This document shows, piece by piece, positions 1 to 9,319 of a stretch of 64,000 nt of DNA. The notes beneath the pieces are model-generated. The model saw only the letters and a program-made list of their open reading frames with translations, was not told the DNA's origin and ran no database searches. Numbering within the stretch: position 1 is the stretch's first letter; each line of letters opens with the position of its first letter. Where the stretch lies: positions 1 through 64,000 of the forward strand of contig CAVPCQ010000035.1 in the NCBI GenBank assembly GCA_963702425.1, in the 5' to 3' direction. The position numbers were made by a program, and so were the translations under genes. The stretch is from an uncultured Acidobacteriota bacterium (GTDB lineage: Bacteria > Acidobacteriota > Polarisedimenticolia > J045).

Positions 1-73
1 GGGGAGTCGTCCAACGGCAGGACAGCGGACTTTGGATCCGCGAATCGGGGTTCGAATCCCTGCTCCCCAGCCA
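1..73 (+). tRNA. tRNA-Gln (anticodon TTG); first base probably just outside the window
   Basis: Cloverleaf with anticodon arm GCGGA-CTTTGGA-TCCGC, T-loop GGTTCGAATCC, and acceptor GGGGAG/CTCCCC ending in encoded CCA. Confidence 0.95.
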
Positions 74-170
74 GCCCGCGGGGCCCGCGCGCCCCGCCGC
101 CGGGGCCCCGCGACGGGGCCCCCCGCGTCGGCTATCCTCTCCCTCCCGTCCCGCCCGGGACCCTCGAGGA

Positions 171-692
171 GTGACCGCGATGCTTCACGCCGACATTGAG
201 AAAGCCCTGAACGACCAGATCAACGCCGAGCTGTTCTCCTCCTACCTCTACTACGCGATGGCCGCCTACTTCGAGGCGACCGGGATCCCCGGCGCGGCGA
301 ACTGGATGCGGATCCAGACCCAGGAGGAGCTGGTCCACGTCAGCAAGTACTTCGAGTACATCGTCGACCGCGGCGGGCGCGTCGCGCTGGGCGCGGTCGC
401 CGCGCCGGGAGCGCAGTGGAAGTCGCCGCTCGCCGCCTTCGAGGCCGCGCTGAACCACGAGCGCGAGATCAGCGCGCGGATCCACAAGATCGCCGACCTG
501 GCGCTCAAGCACCGCGATCACGGCACGCACAACTTCCTCCAGTGGTTCATCTCCGAGCAGATCGAGGAGGAGAAGACCGCCGAGGACGTGGTCCAGAAGC
601 TCAAGCTGGCCGGCAAGGATGGAGCCGGCCTGTTCATGATCGACCGTGAGCTGGCGACCCGCGTCTTCGTCCCGCCCGCCGCGGGCGCCTAG
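171..692 (+). CDS. ftnA: Non-heme ferritin (start may be ATG at 180)
   Basis: LNDQINAELFSSYLY, QEELVH, HEREIS and FLQWFISEQIEEE ferroxidase motifs. Confidence 0.93.
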   Translation: MTAMLHADIEKALNDQINAELFSSYLYYAMAAYFEATGIPGAANWMRIQTQEELVHVSKYFEYIVDRGGRVALGAVAAPGAQWKSPLAAFEAALNHEREISARIHKIADLALKHRDHGTHNFLQWFISEQIEEEKTAEDVVQKLKLAGKDGAGLFMIDRELATRVFVPPAAGA

Positions 693-708
693 GCCCGCCG
701 CCGCGCCC

Positions 709-3354
709 TTGACCCCGCTCCCGATCGACCCCGAGCTTCCCGATCTCGTCGGGGCGCTGGAGCGGCACCCGTCTCTCGTCCTGGTCGCCGAGCCGGGCGC
801 GGGGAAGACGACGCGCGTCCCCCCCGCCCTGCTCGAGTCCCCCTTCGCCGCCGGGCGCGAGGTGCTCGTCACCGCCCCGCGGCGGCTCGCCGTGCGGCTC
901 GCCGCGCGCCGCGTCGCCGAAGAGCGCGGCGAGCGGTTGGGCGACCGCATCGGCTACCGGATCCGCTTCGAAGAGGCCGCCGGCCCGGCGACGAGCCTGG
1001 TCTACCTCACCGAGGGGGTGCTGCTGCGCCGCCTCGCCAGCGACCCGGCGCTCGACGGCGTCGCGGCGGTCGTGCTGGACGAGTTCCACGAGCGCACGCT
1101 GGACGCCGACCTGGCGCTGGCTCTCCTGCGCCGGCTCCAGCGCGGACCGCGTCCCGACCTGCGGCTGGTCGTGATGAGCGCCACGCTCGCCGCGGAGCCG
1201 GTGGCCGCCTTCCTCGACGCCCCGGTGCAGCGCGTCGCCGGGCGCCCCTTCCCGGTCGCGATCGAGCACCTGACCCGCCCCGACGCGCGGCCGCTCGAGC
1301 AGCAGGTCGCGGCGGCGGTCCGGGCCGCACTGGAGGCCGGGAACGGCGCGGGCGGGGACGGCGACGGCGGCGACATTCTCGTCTTCCTGCCTGGCGCCGC
1401 CGAGATCCGCCGGGCCCGCGAAGTCTGCGCTGCTCTCGCGGCCGAGCACGACCTGGAGGTCGCCCCGCTCCACGGCGATCTGCCGTCGGCCGAGCAGGAC
1501 CGCGCGGTGCGCCCCTCCCCGCGCCGCAAGCTGATCCTCTCGACCAACGTCGCCGAAACCTCGGTGACGATCGACGGGGTGACGCTCGTGATCGACGGCG
1601 GCCTCGCGCGCGTCGCCAGCCACTCGCCGTGGTCGGGCCTGCCGACGCTGGCCACGCAGCCGATCAGCCGCGCCTCCGCGGAGCAGCGGGCGGGCCGCGC
1701 CGGCCGCACTGCGCCGGGCCGCTGCCAGCGGCTCTACACGAAGCACGATCACGACACCCGCCCCGCTTTCGACGAGCCGGCGGTCCGGCGCGAGGACCTG
1801 GCCGGAAGCCTGCTGCTGCTCCACGCGCTGGGCGTGCGCGACGCAGCGGCGTTCGAGTGGTTCGAGGCGCCACGGCCGGCCGCGCTCGAGGCCGGCGAGC
1901 GCCTGCTGTCCGACCTCGGGGCGACCGGCCCCGACGGCGCGCTGACCGCGACCGGCCACGCGTTGCTGCGCTACCCGCTCCACCCCCGGGCAGCGCGCCT
2001 GCTCGACGAGGCCGCCCGGCGCGGCGCCGCGCGGCGCGGCGCGCTCTTCGCCGCGCTGCTGGGCGAACGCGAGGTGCGGCTGGCCGCGCGCACGCGCTTC
2101 GGCGACGGGGCGAGCGGTGGCGGCGGGGCGTTCGGGAGCAGTGCCGCCGCCGGGCCGGCCGGACCGTCGGACCTGCTGGCCCAGCTCGACGTGGTGGAGG
2201 AGGCGACCCGCGGCGCCCACTCCCCCGAGCGGCTGCGCGCGCGCGGGCTCGACCCCGCAGCGACGCTGGCCGTCCTGCGGTCGCGCGACCAGCTGCTGCG
2301 GCTCGCGGTCGGCGACACGCGCGGCGCATCGCGTGACCGCGGCGGCGCGGCCAGCGGACCGGCACTCGCTCCCGACGCCGAGGAGCGGGTGCTGCTCGAG
2401 GCGACGCTCGCCGCCTTCCCCGACCGGGTCGCGCGGCGCCGCGAGCCGGACAAGCCGGCACTCGTCTTCGCCCGCGGCGGCGCGGGGGAGCTGGCTTCCA
2501 CGTCGGTCGTGCGGGGCGCCGAGTTCCTCGTCGCGGTGGACGCCGACGAGCGCCGCGAGCGCGGGATCCTCGTGCGTCTGGCCGGCGCGATCGATCCCGC
2601 CTGGCTGCTCGACCTCTTCCCGGAGCGGGTCGAAGAGCGCACCGAGACCCTCTTCCAGCCCCCCTCCGGGCGCGTCGAGCGGCTCTCGTCGCTGCGCTTC
2701 GAAGGGCTGACGCTCGACGCCAGCCGCTCCCCCGCCCCGCCCGACGACGAGACCGCGGAGGTCCTCTTCCGGGCCGTCCGCGAACTGGGACCGGGGGCGG
2801 TAGTTGACCTCGAGGAGGCGGCCCGCTGGCGGCACCGGATCGCCTTCGCGGCCTCGCTCGAACCGGGTCTTCCGGCGCTGGACGACGCGGCACTCGACGA
2901 CGCGCTGCGGGCCGCCTGCGCCGGACGCCGCAGCCTGGCGGAACTGCGCGACGCGGGGATTCTCGCGGGCTGGCTGGCGCGGCTGACGCCGGCCCAGCGG
3001 GCCGCGGTCGAGCGGCTGGCGCCGGAGCGCGTCGCGCTTCCCGGCGGCCGGCGGGTCGCCGTCCAGTACGAGCCCGGAAAGGCCCCCTGGATCGCTTCGC
3101 GGCTGCAGGACTTCTTCGGGATGAGCGAGGGGCCGCGCGCGGGAGACGGCCGCGTGCCCCTGGTGCTGCACCTGCTCGCGCCGAACCAGCGTCCAGTCCA
3201 GGTCACGACCGACCTCGCGGGGTTCTGGGAGCGGCACTACCCCGCGCTGCGGCGCGAGCTGATGCGTCGCTATCCGCGCCACGCCTGGCCCGACGATCCG
3301 CGCACCGCGTCACCTCCACCGGCCGGGACGAGCAGGCGCCGAAACGCGCGCTGA
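709..3354 (+). CDS. hrpB: ATP-dependent RNA helicase HrpB
   Basis: GAGKTT, DEFHER, MSAT, STNVAETSVTIDG, QRAGRAGR and the HrpB C-terminus (RPVQVTTDLAGFW...RYPRHAWPDDP); TTG at 709 chosen as start because it follows the ferritin stop. Confidence 0.95.
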   Translation: MTPLPIDPELPDLVGALERHPSLVLVAEPGAGKTTRVPPALLESPFAAGREVLVTAPRRLAVRLAARRVAEERGERLGDRIGYRIRFEEAAGPATSLVYLTEGVLLRRLASDPALDGVAAVVLDEFHERTLDADLALALLRRLQRGPRPDLRLVVMSATLAAEPVAAFLDAPVQRVAGRPFPVAIEHLTRPDARPLEQQVAAAVRAALEAGNGAGGDGDGGDILVFLPGAAEIRRAREVCAALAAEHDLEVAPLHGDLPSAEQDRAVRPSPRRKLILSTNVAETSVTIDGVTLVIDGGLARVASHSPWSGLPTLATQPISRASAEQRAGRAGRTAPGRCQRLYTKHDHDTRPAFDEPAVRREDLAGSLLLLHALGVRDAAAFEWFEAPRPAALEAGERLLSDLGATGPDGALTATGHALLRYPLHPRAARLLDEAARRGAARRGALFAALLGEREVRLAARTRFGDGASGGGGAFGSSAAAGPAGPSDLLAQLDVVEEATRGAHSPERLRARGLDPAATLAVLRSRDQLLRLAVGDTRGASRDRGGAASGPALAPDAEERVLLEATLAAFPDRVARRREPDKPALVFARGGAGELASTSVVRGAEFLVAVDADERRERGILVRLAGAIDPAWLLDLFPERVEERTETLFQPPSGRVERLSSLRFEGLTLDASRSPAPPDDETAEVLFRAVRELGPGAVVDLEEAARWRHRIAFAASLEPGLPALDDAALDDALRAACAGRRSLAELRDAGILAGWLARLTPAQRAAVERLAPERVALPGGRRVAVQYEPGKAPWIASRLQDFFGMSEGPRAGDGRVPLVLHLLAPNQRPVQVTTDLAGFWERHYPALRRELMRRYPRHAWPDDPRTASPPPAGTSRRRNAR

Positions 3355-3378
3355 ACATCGATCCGCGCGCGCGAACTT

Positions 3379-3387
3379 TGCTATGAT
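3379..3387 (+). promoter_or_regulatory. Extended -10 promoter element upstream of the histone-like gene
   Basis: TGcTATGAT in an AT-richer intergenic patch. Confidence 0.5.
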
Positions 3388-3435
3388 TCATCGGTCGATC
3401 GTTGTGTGCGAAACATGATCGACGGAGGCGATCTC

Positions 3436-4017
3436 ATGGCGCTGAAGAAGAAGGTTCCTGCGAAGGCCAAGGCGAAGGCGACAAAGAAGGCCAAGAAGGC
3501 CGTCCGGAAGGCCAAGCGGGCCGTCAAGAAGGCCGTCCGGAAGGCCAAGCGGGCCGCCAAGCCCCCCGGCAAACTGAAGCGGGCGGTCCGCAAGGCGGTG
3601 GTCAAGGTCAAGGTGAAGCGCGCGGTGCGCAAGGCCGAGAAGGCCGTCAAGCGCGCCGTCAAGACCGCCAAGGCGGAAGGCAAGTCCCTGAAGACGATTG
3701 CCGGGAAAGCTGTCGCCGCCGTCGAAAAGAAGATCGAGAAGAAGAAGATCGAGAGGAAGGTCGCAGAGGTCGTCGCGGTGGTCGTCAGCAAGGCCCAGGG
3801 CGCCCCGATGAAGACGGCGCTGTCGGCGGCGAGCGCCGCGAAGATGACCCCCACGCCCACGAAGGCCCCGAAGGCCCCCGCCCCCGGCCCCAAGCCGCAG
3901 AAGGAAGCGCGGCTCGTGGTGCGCCGCGCGACGGCGCCGCCCGTCGCACCGGCGACGGCTCCGACAACCCCGTCGCTCCCGCCCCCTCCGCCGGCTTTCT
4001 CGGGTGACACGCCCTGA
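3436..4017 (+). CDS. Lys/Ala-rich histone H1-like basic protein with Pro-rich tail
   Basis: GGAGG upstream of ATG 3436; repeated KKAVRKAKRA units with a matching ~31-bp DNA direct repeat. Confidence 0.75.
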   Translation: MALKKKVPAKAKAKATKKAKKAVRKAKRAVKKAVRKAKRAAKPPGKLKRAVRKAVVKVKVKRAVRKAEKAVKRAVKTAKAEGKSLKTIAGKAVAAVEKKIEKKKIERKVAEVVAVVVSKAQGAPMKTALSAASAAKMTPTPTKAPKAPAPGPKPQKEARLVVRRATAPPVAPATAPTTPSLPPPPPAFSGDTP

Positions 4018-4113
4018 CGCCGCATCCCGGCTGCGGGAGAAGCGCGAGGCGGATCGCCACGGCGGTCCGCCTCGTCATTTCGGGGCCCCCGCGGGGCGCG
4101 CCGCCGGGCTCGG

Positions 4114-4141
4114 TTGACAGCCCCTCCGGGCACCCTATAAT
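4114..4141 (+). promoter_or_regulatory. Consensus sigma70 promoter for tRNA-Glu
   Basis: TTGACA (4114-4119), 16-bp spacer, TATAAT (4136-4141). Confidence 0.9.
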
Positions 4142-4169
4142 CCGCGACTCGGCCCGGGGCCGTCCACGC

Positions 4170-4245
4170 GGGGCTATCGTCTAGGGGTCTAGGACGCGTG
4201 GTTCTCAGCCATGTAACCGGGGTTCGAATCCCCGTAGCCCTGCCA
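4170..4245 (+). tRNA. tRNA-Glu (anticodon CTC)
   Basis: Acceptor GGGGCTA/TAGCCCT, anticodon arm CGTGG-TTCTCAG-CCATG, GGTTCGAATCC, terminal CCA. Confidence 0.95.
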
Positions 4246-4301
4246 GCTTCCGGTGCCCGACGCGACGGCCCGCCTCCCCGGCGGGCCGATTGTTTTCCGG
4301 G

Positions 4302-4898
4302 CTACGGCCTTGCCGGCGGCGGAGTTTTCGACGGGGGCGGCGCCGGCCGTGGCGGCGCAGCGCGGGTCGCTAGGCCGAGCTTCACGACCAGCCGATCCTT
4401 GCCGACCGCGACCCCCTGCACCGCGACCGTGAAGCGGGTCGCGTTGCCGCGCGAGTCCGGCGCGGCGAGCCAGTCGAAAACGCGGGGCAGCTCGATCGGC
4501 GGCAGCAGCGGGGCCAGGTCGGGGAGCCCGGCCAGGTCGCCGGTCGGCTGCGCGCGCGTCGGGCGAAAGACGATCGTCTCGCCGTCGGCGTCCACCTCCG
4601 GCACCAGCCGCACCGTGACCCGGCCGGAGAGTCTGGCCTCGACGATCTCGACCCGCAGCGTCGTCTCCAGCGCCCCTTCGAGGAACGTCACCGGGTCGGG
4701 CGCCGCGAGCGCGAGCGTGATCTTCCCCAGGGGCGGCAGCGCCACCCCGACGCGGGACGGGAGGTGCGCCTGGAGAAGCGCGCCGACCGCGCCGCGGTCG
4801 AGCTGCAGCTCGGCGACGCCGGTGCCGGCCGCAGCCGGGAGCGGGGCAAGCGGGAGAATCAGGGCGAGGAGGAGCGGGACGGCCAGCAGTCTCTTCAT
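4302..4898 (-). CDS. Secreted hypothetical protein
   Basis: Clear signal peptide MKRLLAVPLLLALILPLAPLPAAA; GC3-rich frame. Confidence 0.7.
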   Translation of the reverse strand: MKRLLAVPLLLALILPLAPLPAAAGTGVAELQLDRGAVGALLQAHLPSRVGVALPPLGKITLALAAPDPVTFLEGALETTLRVEIVEARLSGRVTVRLVPEVDADGETIVFRPTRAQPTGDLAGLPDLAPLLPPIELPRVFDWLAAPDSRGNATRFTVAVQGVAVGKDRLVVKLGLATRAAPPRPAPPPSKTPPPARP

Positions 4899-4964
4899 GG
4901 GCGGATTGTACGGGCCGCCCCTGCTTCCGGCCCGTGGGCCGGGGCGCGGCGGGGCGGCCCGCCC

Positions 4965-6479
4965 TCAGTCCAGCGGCTCGAGCGCGACCGGCGGCAACGG
5001 CATCGCGGCGCAGCCGAGTGGCGTTTCGGCCGCCGCCGGATCGGCCGCGACGCGCCACAGGCAGACCCGCGGCGCGAAGAAGCTGGCCTCCGCGATCGCC
5101 AGCACGCCGCCCCCGTCCAGCTCGATCCCGCCGACGTACTCCGACGTGCGGACGACCTCCCGCAACAACTCCGCCCGCTCCGGGTCGAACGCCACGACGC
5201 GCGAGACGTACGCGGCGTCGGTGACCAGGGCGTAGCCGAGCCGCTCGCCCGCCAGCACGAGACCGCCGACGTTCCCCCCCGCGTCGTCGTCGTCGAGCGC
5301 CCAGCGCTCGAACGCGCGGTTGGCCACGTCGACCACCGCCACGCCGCCCGAGAGCTCCTGCGGCAGAAGCCCGGGGTAGATCCCTGCCAACGCGACGTAG
5401 AGCCGCTCCCGGCCGTCGCGTCCGGTCAACGGGCGGATCGCGACCGGATTCTTGCCGGGCAGCAGGACGCTGCGCTCGACGCTGTCGGTCCGGGTGTCGA
5501 TCACGGCCAGCTTCCCGTCGCCGTAGCGGGTGAAGGTCCGGTCGATGTCCTGCAGCGCCACGAACGCGGTCTCGCCGACCAGCGCGATCTCGTCGGCCCG
5601 CGGCGTGCCGTCCGGGTTGGTGGCGAGCGGGCCAAGCGGGATCGCGCCGCGCCGCGCGCCGCCGCGCGGGTCGATCACCAGCAGGTCGTCGTATGGCGGC
5701 TCGTAGCGCGAGACGTAGGCCTTCGTGGCGTCGACCAGCACGACGTCGCGCGGGTTGGAGCCGGGGCCGGTGCCGGCCTGCCAGGCGGTCGCGAACTCCT
5801 CGGCCGGGTCGAGCCGCTGGAGGTTGTCGTAGGAAAAGCCGTTGACGACGAAGAGCGCGTCGCGGGTCAGCTTCAGCCGCGGATCGGAGCTGGCTTCGGT
5901 CACCCCCTCGCGGGTGCTCAGTTCGCCTCCCTCCCGCCACTCGAGCAGGACGACCTGGCCGCCCGAGGCGTAGTCGGTGCAGGCGACCGCGAAGCGATGG
6001 CGGCGCGACCCGACGAAGGTCCCCTCGCCTCCCGTCTGCGACTCGCGGCTGGACCCGGCGACCGTCCAGCCGGTTGCGCCGCTCGTCCCCTCGAGCCGGT
6101 ACTCGAACGCCGTCCCGGCGATCTGCACCGGGCCGAGCCGCGCGATCAGCCACGCGCCGCCGCTCTCGACCAGCATGGCGTCGCCGCCCGAAAGGTCCAG
6201 CACGTCCGTCTCCCGCCCGCCAACCCGCGCCTTGCCGTAGCGCACGACGACGTCGTGCCGCCCGTCGCCCACGCCTTCGACGTCGAGTTCGACCGCCAGC
6301 ATCGCGCCGCGCGCGGGGACCGACGGGAACTCCAGGTACGGAAGCGAGACGGAGAGGTCGAAGGCGCGGCCGAGCGGCGCCGCCGGCTGCCCCGTGGCGG
6401 GAGCCGACGGGGGAACGTAGGACCCGCCGCAGGCGCCCGCGAGGGCGGCGGCGGCCAGCACGAACAGGAGCCGGCTCAT
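4965..6479 (-). CDS. Lipoprotein with YncE/BtuG-like beta-propeller (putative cobalamin-binding)
   Basis: Lipobox MSRLLFVLAAAALAGAC overlapping the receptor stop; propeller blades (GSNPRDVVLVDATKAYVSRY, LAVIDTRTDSV, GKNPVAI). Confidence 0.75.
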   Translation of the reverse strand: MSRLLFVLAAAALAGACGGSYVPPSAPATGQPAAPLGRAFDLSVSLPYLEFPSVPARGAMLAVELDVEGVGDGRHDVVVRYGKARVGGRETDVLDLSGGDAMLVESGGAWLIARLGPVQIAGTAFEYRLEGTSGATGWTVAGSSRESQTGGEGTFVGSRRHRFAVACTDYASGGQVVLLEWREGGELSTREGVTEASSDPRLKLTRDALFVVNGFSYDNLQRLDPAEEFATAWQAGTGPGSNPRDVVLVDATKAYVSRYEPPYDDLLVIDPRGGARRGAIPLGPLATNPDGTPRADEIALVGETAFVALQDIDRTFTRYGDGKLAVIDTRTDSVERSVLLPGKNPVAIRPLTGRDGRERLYVALAGIYPGLLPQELSGGVAVVDVANRAFERWALDDDDAGGNVGGLVLAGERLGYALVTDAAYVSRVVAFDPERAELLREVVRTSEYVGGIELDGGGVLAIAEASFFAPRVCLWRVAADPAAAETPLGCAAMPLPPVALEPLD

Positions 6480-8591
6480 CGTCCCTCCGAGGGCGCCCAC
6501 GACAGGCTGGCGAAGACCATCCGTCCCGGCAGCGGGAAGCGCAGCACGTCGCGCGTCTGGACGTCGAAGACGTTGCGGGCCTCGAGGCCGAGGGTGAACC
6601 CCTGGCCGAGCGCGCGCGCGACCCGCGCGTCGTTCAGGCTGCGCGCCGGGATCCGGTAGCGCGGGAGGTTCAGCGGGTCGGTCGAGTTCTCGCCGACGTA
6701 GGTCACTTCCCAGCCGAGCTGCCAGCGGCCGGGCGACCAGCGCGCCGCGAGGAACCCCTCCACTGCGGGCCGGCCGGGCAGCGGGTTGCCGTCGGCGAAG
6801 CCACCCGAGGTGTCCTCCGAGTGCAGCAGCGTGCCGGAGGCCTCGATCGTCACGTTCCCGGGCACGCGCAGCGCGATCGAGCCCTCCAGCCCGTAGAGCT
6901 GCGCCGAGGCGATGTTGCGCGGGATGACGACTCCCTGCGCGTTGGGCCACAGCAGGATCATGTCGTCGAGGCGGCTGCCGAAGGCGACCAGCTCGCCGCC
7001 CAGCCGCCAGCCGCTCCAGTCGCGCTCGCCGAGGGCGTAGCCCAGTTCCGCCTTGACGCCGGTCTCCGGCTTCAGGCGCGGGTTGCCGACGACGGCGCCG
7101 CGGTCGCCGAACAGCTCGAGCAGGCTCGGGTCGCGGGAGAAGCGCCCGGCGCTGGCGCGCAGCGCATCGCCCGCGCCGATCGCGCAGGCGGCGGAGATCT
7201 TGCCGTCGAGCCACGCCTCCTGGCCCGAGGTCGCGGGCGGCGGAAGCAGCCCCTCGGCGCCGGCCACGAACCGGTCGTCGCGCACCTTCCAGCGCAGCGC
7301 CGGGGCGAGCGTGACGCGGCCGAAGGTCAGCGCGTCCTCCGCCACCAGCGCCAGCGCGGTCCGGGTGCCGCCGCCGCGGTCGGAGAGCACCAGCGCGTCG
7401 TCGGTGATCCGCGCCTGCTCGCGCCGCGCGTCGGCGCGGACGAGCAGGTGGTGCACCCCCGCCTGGCCGCGCCACGCGGCGCCGACGCCGGCGCCGTCGA
7501 TACGCGTTTCCTGCGAGCGCCGCACGCCGAGGTCCGCGTCGGGATCGTCGAACAGGGTGCGCTCGCCGAAGCCGTCGGCCGCGATCTCCCAGCCGCCGCG
7601 GACCCAGGTCAGCGCCAGGTTCGCGGTGCGCTCGGTCAGGCGCGCGGTCTCCGAGGGGAGCGAGTCGGGTCCGGGGACGCCGCCGTCGCCGCTGCGGCCG
7701 CGCAGGCCGAAGGACAGCTCGCCGCCGGCGACCCGGTCGACGCTTCCCTGCAGCTGGAGCGAGAGCGCCGAGCTGTCGTTGTTGGCGCGCGCGCGCTGCT
7801 GATCGTCGGACGGCTCGTAGATCGTGCCGGCGGTGTCGAGATAGACGAAGTCGCCGTCGCTCCGGAACCCTTCGACCGCGAGGCGGATCCCGCCGCGTCC
7901 GTCCGCGAAAGGGGTTCCCCAGGCCGCGGCCAGCCGGGCGGTGGCGAGCGAACCGGCGACCAGGTCGACCGCCGCGCTGCTCGCCTCGTCGACCGGGCGG
8001 CGGGTGCGGACGTCGATCGCGCCACCGAGGCCGTCGAGCCCCAACGCGGCCGGCGCGAAGCCGCGGTAGACCGTCACCCCCGCGACCTGCGAGATCGGGA
8101 TCGAGGAGAGGTCGACCGGGCCGCCGAGCGCGCGGTTCTGCGGCACGCCGTCGACCAGCAGCGTGACCTGCTCGGCGGTCGAGCCGCGCAGCGAGACGGT
8201 CGCGAACTGCCCGATCCCGCCGTAGCTCGTGACCCGCGCGCCGGGGACGCGGCGCAGCAGGTCCGAGAGATCGGCGCCGCGGCGCGCCAGCTCGTCGGCG
8301 GGGACGACGGTTGCGAACGCAGCGTCTTCCGGGCGCGGTGTGCGGGCGCGGACGAGGACTTCTTCGGTCAGGCCGGAGGCGGGGATCGCCGGCTCCGGGG
8401 CGCCAGGGGCATCGGGAGTGCCGGGCGCGCCGGCATCGCCGGGCGGGGCGCGGCCGGTTTGGTGGGCTCGGCGGCGGGCGTGGAGGGCTCGGCGGCGAGC
8501 GCGGGGGCTCGGCGGCGGTCGCCGGCGGCCCGGCACCGGGGATTGCGCCCAGCGCGGCCAGCGCGAGGAGCGCGGTGAAGGTGCGACGCAT
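6476..8591 (-). CDS. TonB-dependent receptor, BtuB-like (frameshifts near 8440-8510, likely sequencing error)
   Basis: TonB box EEVLVRA, plug LSDLLRRVPG...SLRGS...LLVDGVP, NPRLKPETG, C-terminal PLPGRMVFASLSW; signal peptide MRRTFTALLALAAL lies in another frame. Confidence 0.85.
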
Positions 8592-8724
8592 GGCGATCTC
8601 CGTGGGGCGGAGATCGATCCCCGGGCGCGTCGGCCGACAAAAAACCCCACGCCGTGGGGGCGCGGGGGCCGGTGCGCACGAAGCGGAGGACCCTGGCCCT
8701 GGTCGGGTCCACCTCGCGCGTCCC

Positions 8725-8897
8725 GGTCGGTCTCCTGGCTCGCGGGTCAACCGGCCCTCCGCGCCTTCCCGGGCCGGCGCTGTCGCGCCCACCCAGTGGC
8801 TTCCCCGCCCTTCGGCAGGGACTGCGGATGCCGTCACCGCTCACAGTCGCCGGGCGGCAGGGGAATCGCACCCCTTTCCCGTTACCGGACCGCGTGT
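8725..8897 (-). ncRNA. Cobalamin riboswitch
   Basis: Minus strand reads GGGAAAGGGGTGCGATTCCCC-TGCCGCCCGGCGACTGTGA...AAGCCACTG...GGGAAGGC...AGCCAGGAGACC (B12 box), upstream of a TonB receptor. Confidence 0.92.
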
Positions 8898-8994
8898 CGA
8901 CGTCCGGGTTGTAGCACCGTCCGGCTCCCGGGGGCAAGCGGCGGCGGACAGGAGCAGCGCGTGCTAAAACCCTCCCGCGCGCACGAGGGGACGG

Positions 8995-9309
8995 ATGATC
9001 AAGGCCAACGACACGAAGGCGCTCGCCGCGGTGGTGGACGGGAAGCGGGCGCTCGTGCTGTTCCACGCCACCTGGTGCCCGTACTGTCGGGCCTTCGCCC
9101 CCGTCTTCGAGGAGGCGGGCGCGGCCGCAACCGATTGGGTTCCGGTGGAGGCCGTGATCGACGACGACGAGAACCCGCTCTGGGACGAGTTCGGGATCGA
9201 CGTCGTGCCGACGCTGATCCTCTTCGAGGCCGGGCGCCCGGCGAAGCGCGCCGACGCGCACCACGGGATCGGGCTGACCAAGAACGACCTTCGGAAGATC
9301 CTGTCCTAG
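8995..9309 (+). CDS. Thioredoxin family protein
   Basis: FHATWCPYC and cis-Pro motif VVPTLILF. Confidence 0.88.
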   Translation: MIKANDTKALAAVVDGKRALVLFHATWCPYCRAFAPVFEEAGAAATDWVPVEAVIDDDENPLWDEFGIDVVPTLILFEAGRPAKRADAHHGIGLTKNDLRKILS

Positions 9310-9319
9310 CCCCGCCGGG

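Noticed and set aside
131-144. Identical 14-mer GCTATCCTCTCCCT upstream of ferritin and of the Fe-S gene (10607-10620, minus strand) as an iron-regulatory site
   Set aside because: It is non-palindromic and matches the generic GCTAnnnT -10 pattern seen before several unrelated genes, including the ABC exporter.
1-4245. Region between two tRNAs as an integrated island
   Set aside because: No duplicated tRNA 3' end, no integrase, and host-like genes and composition.
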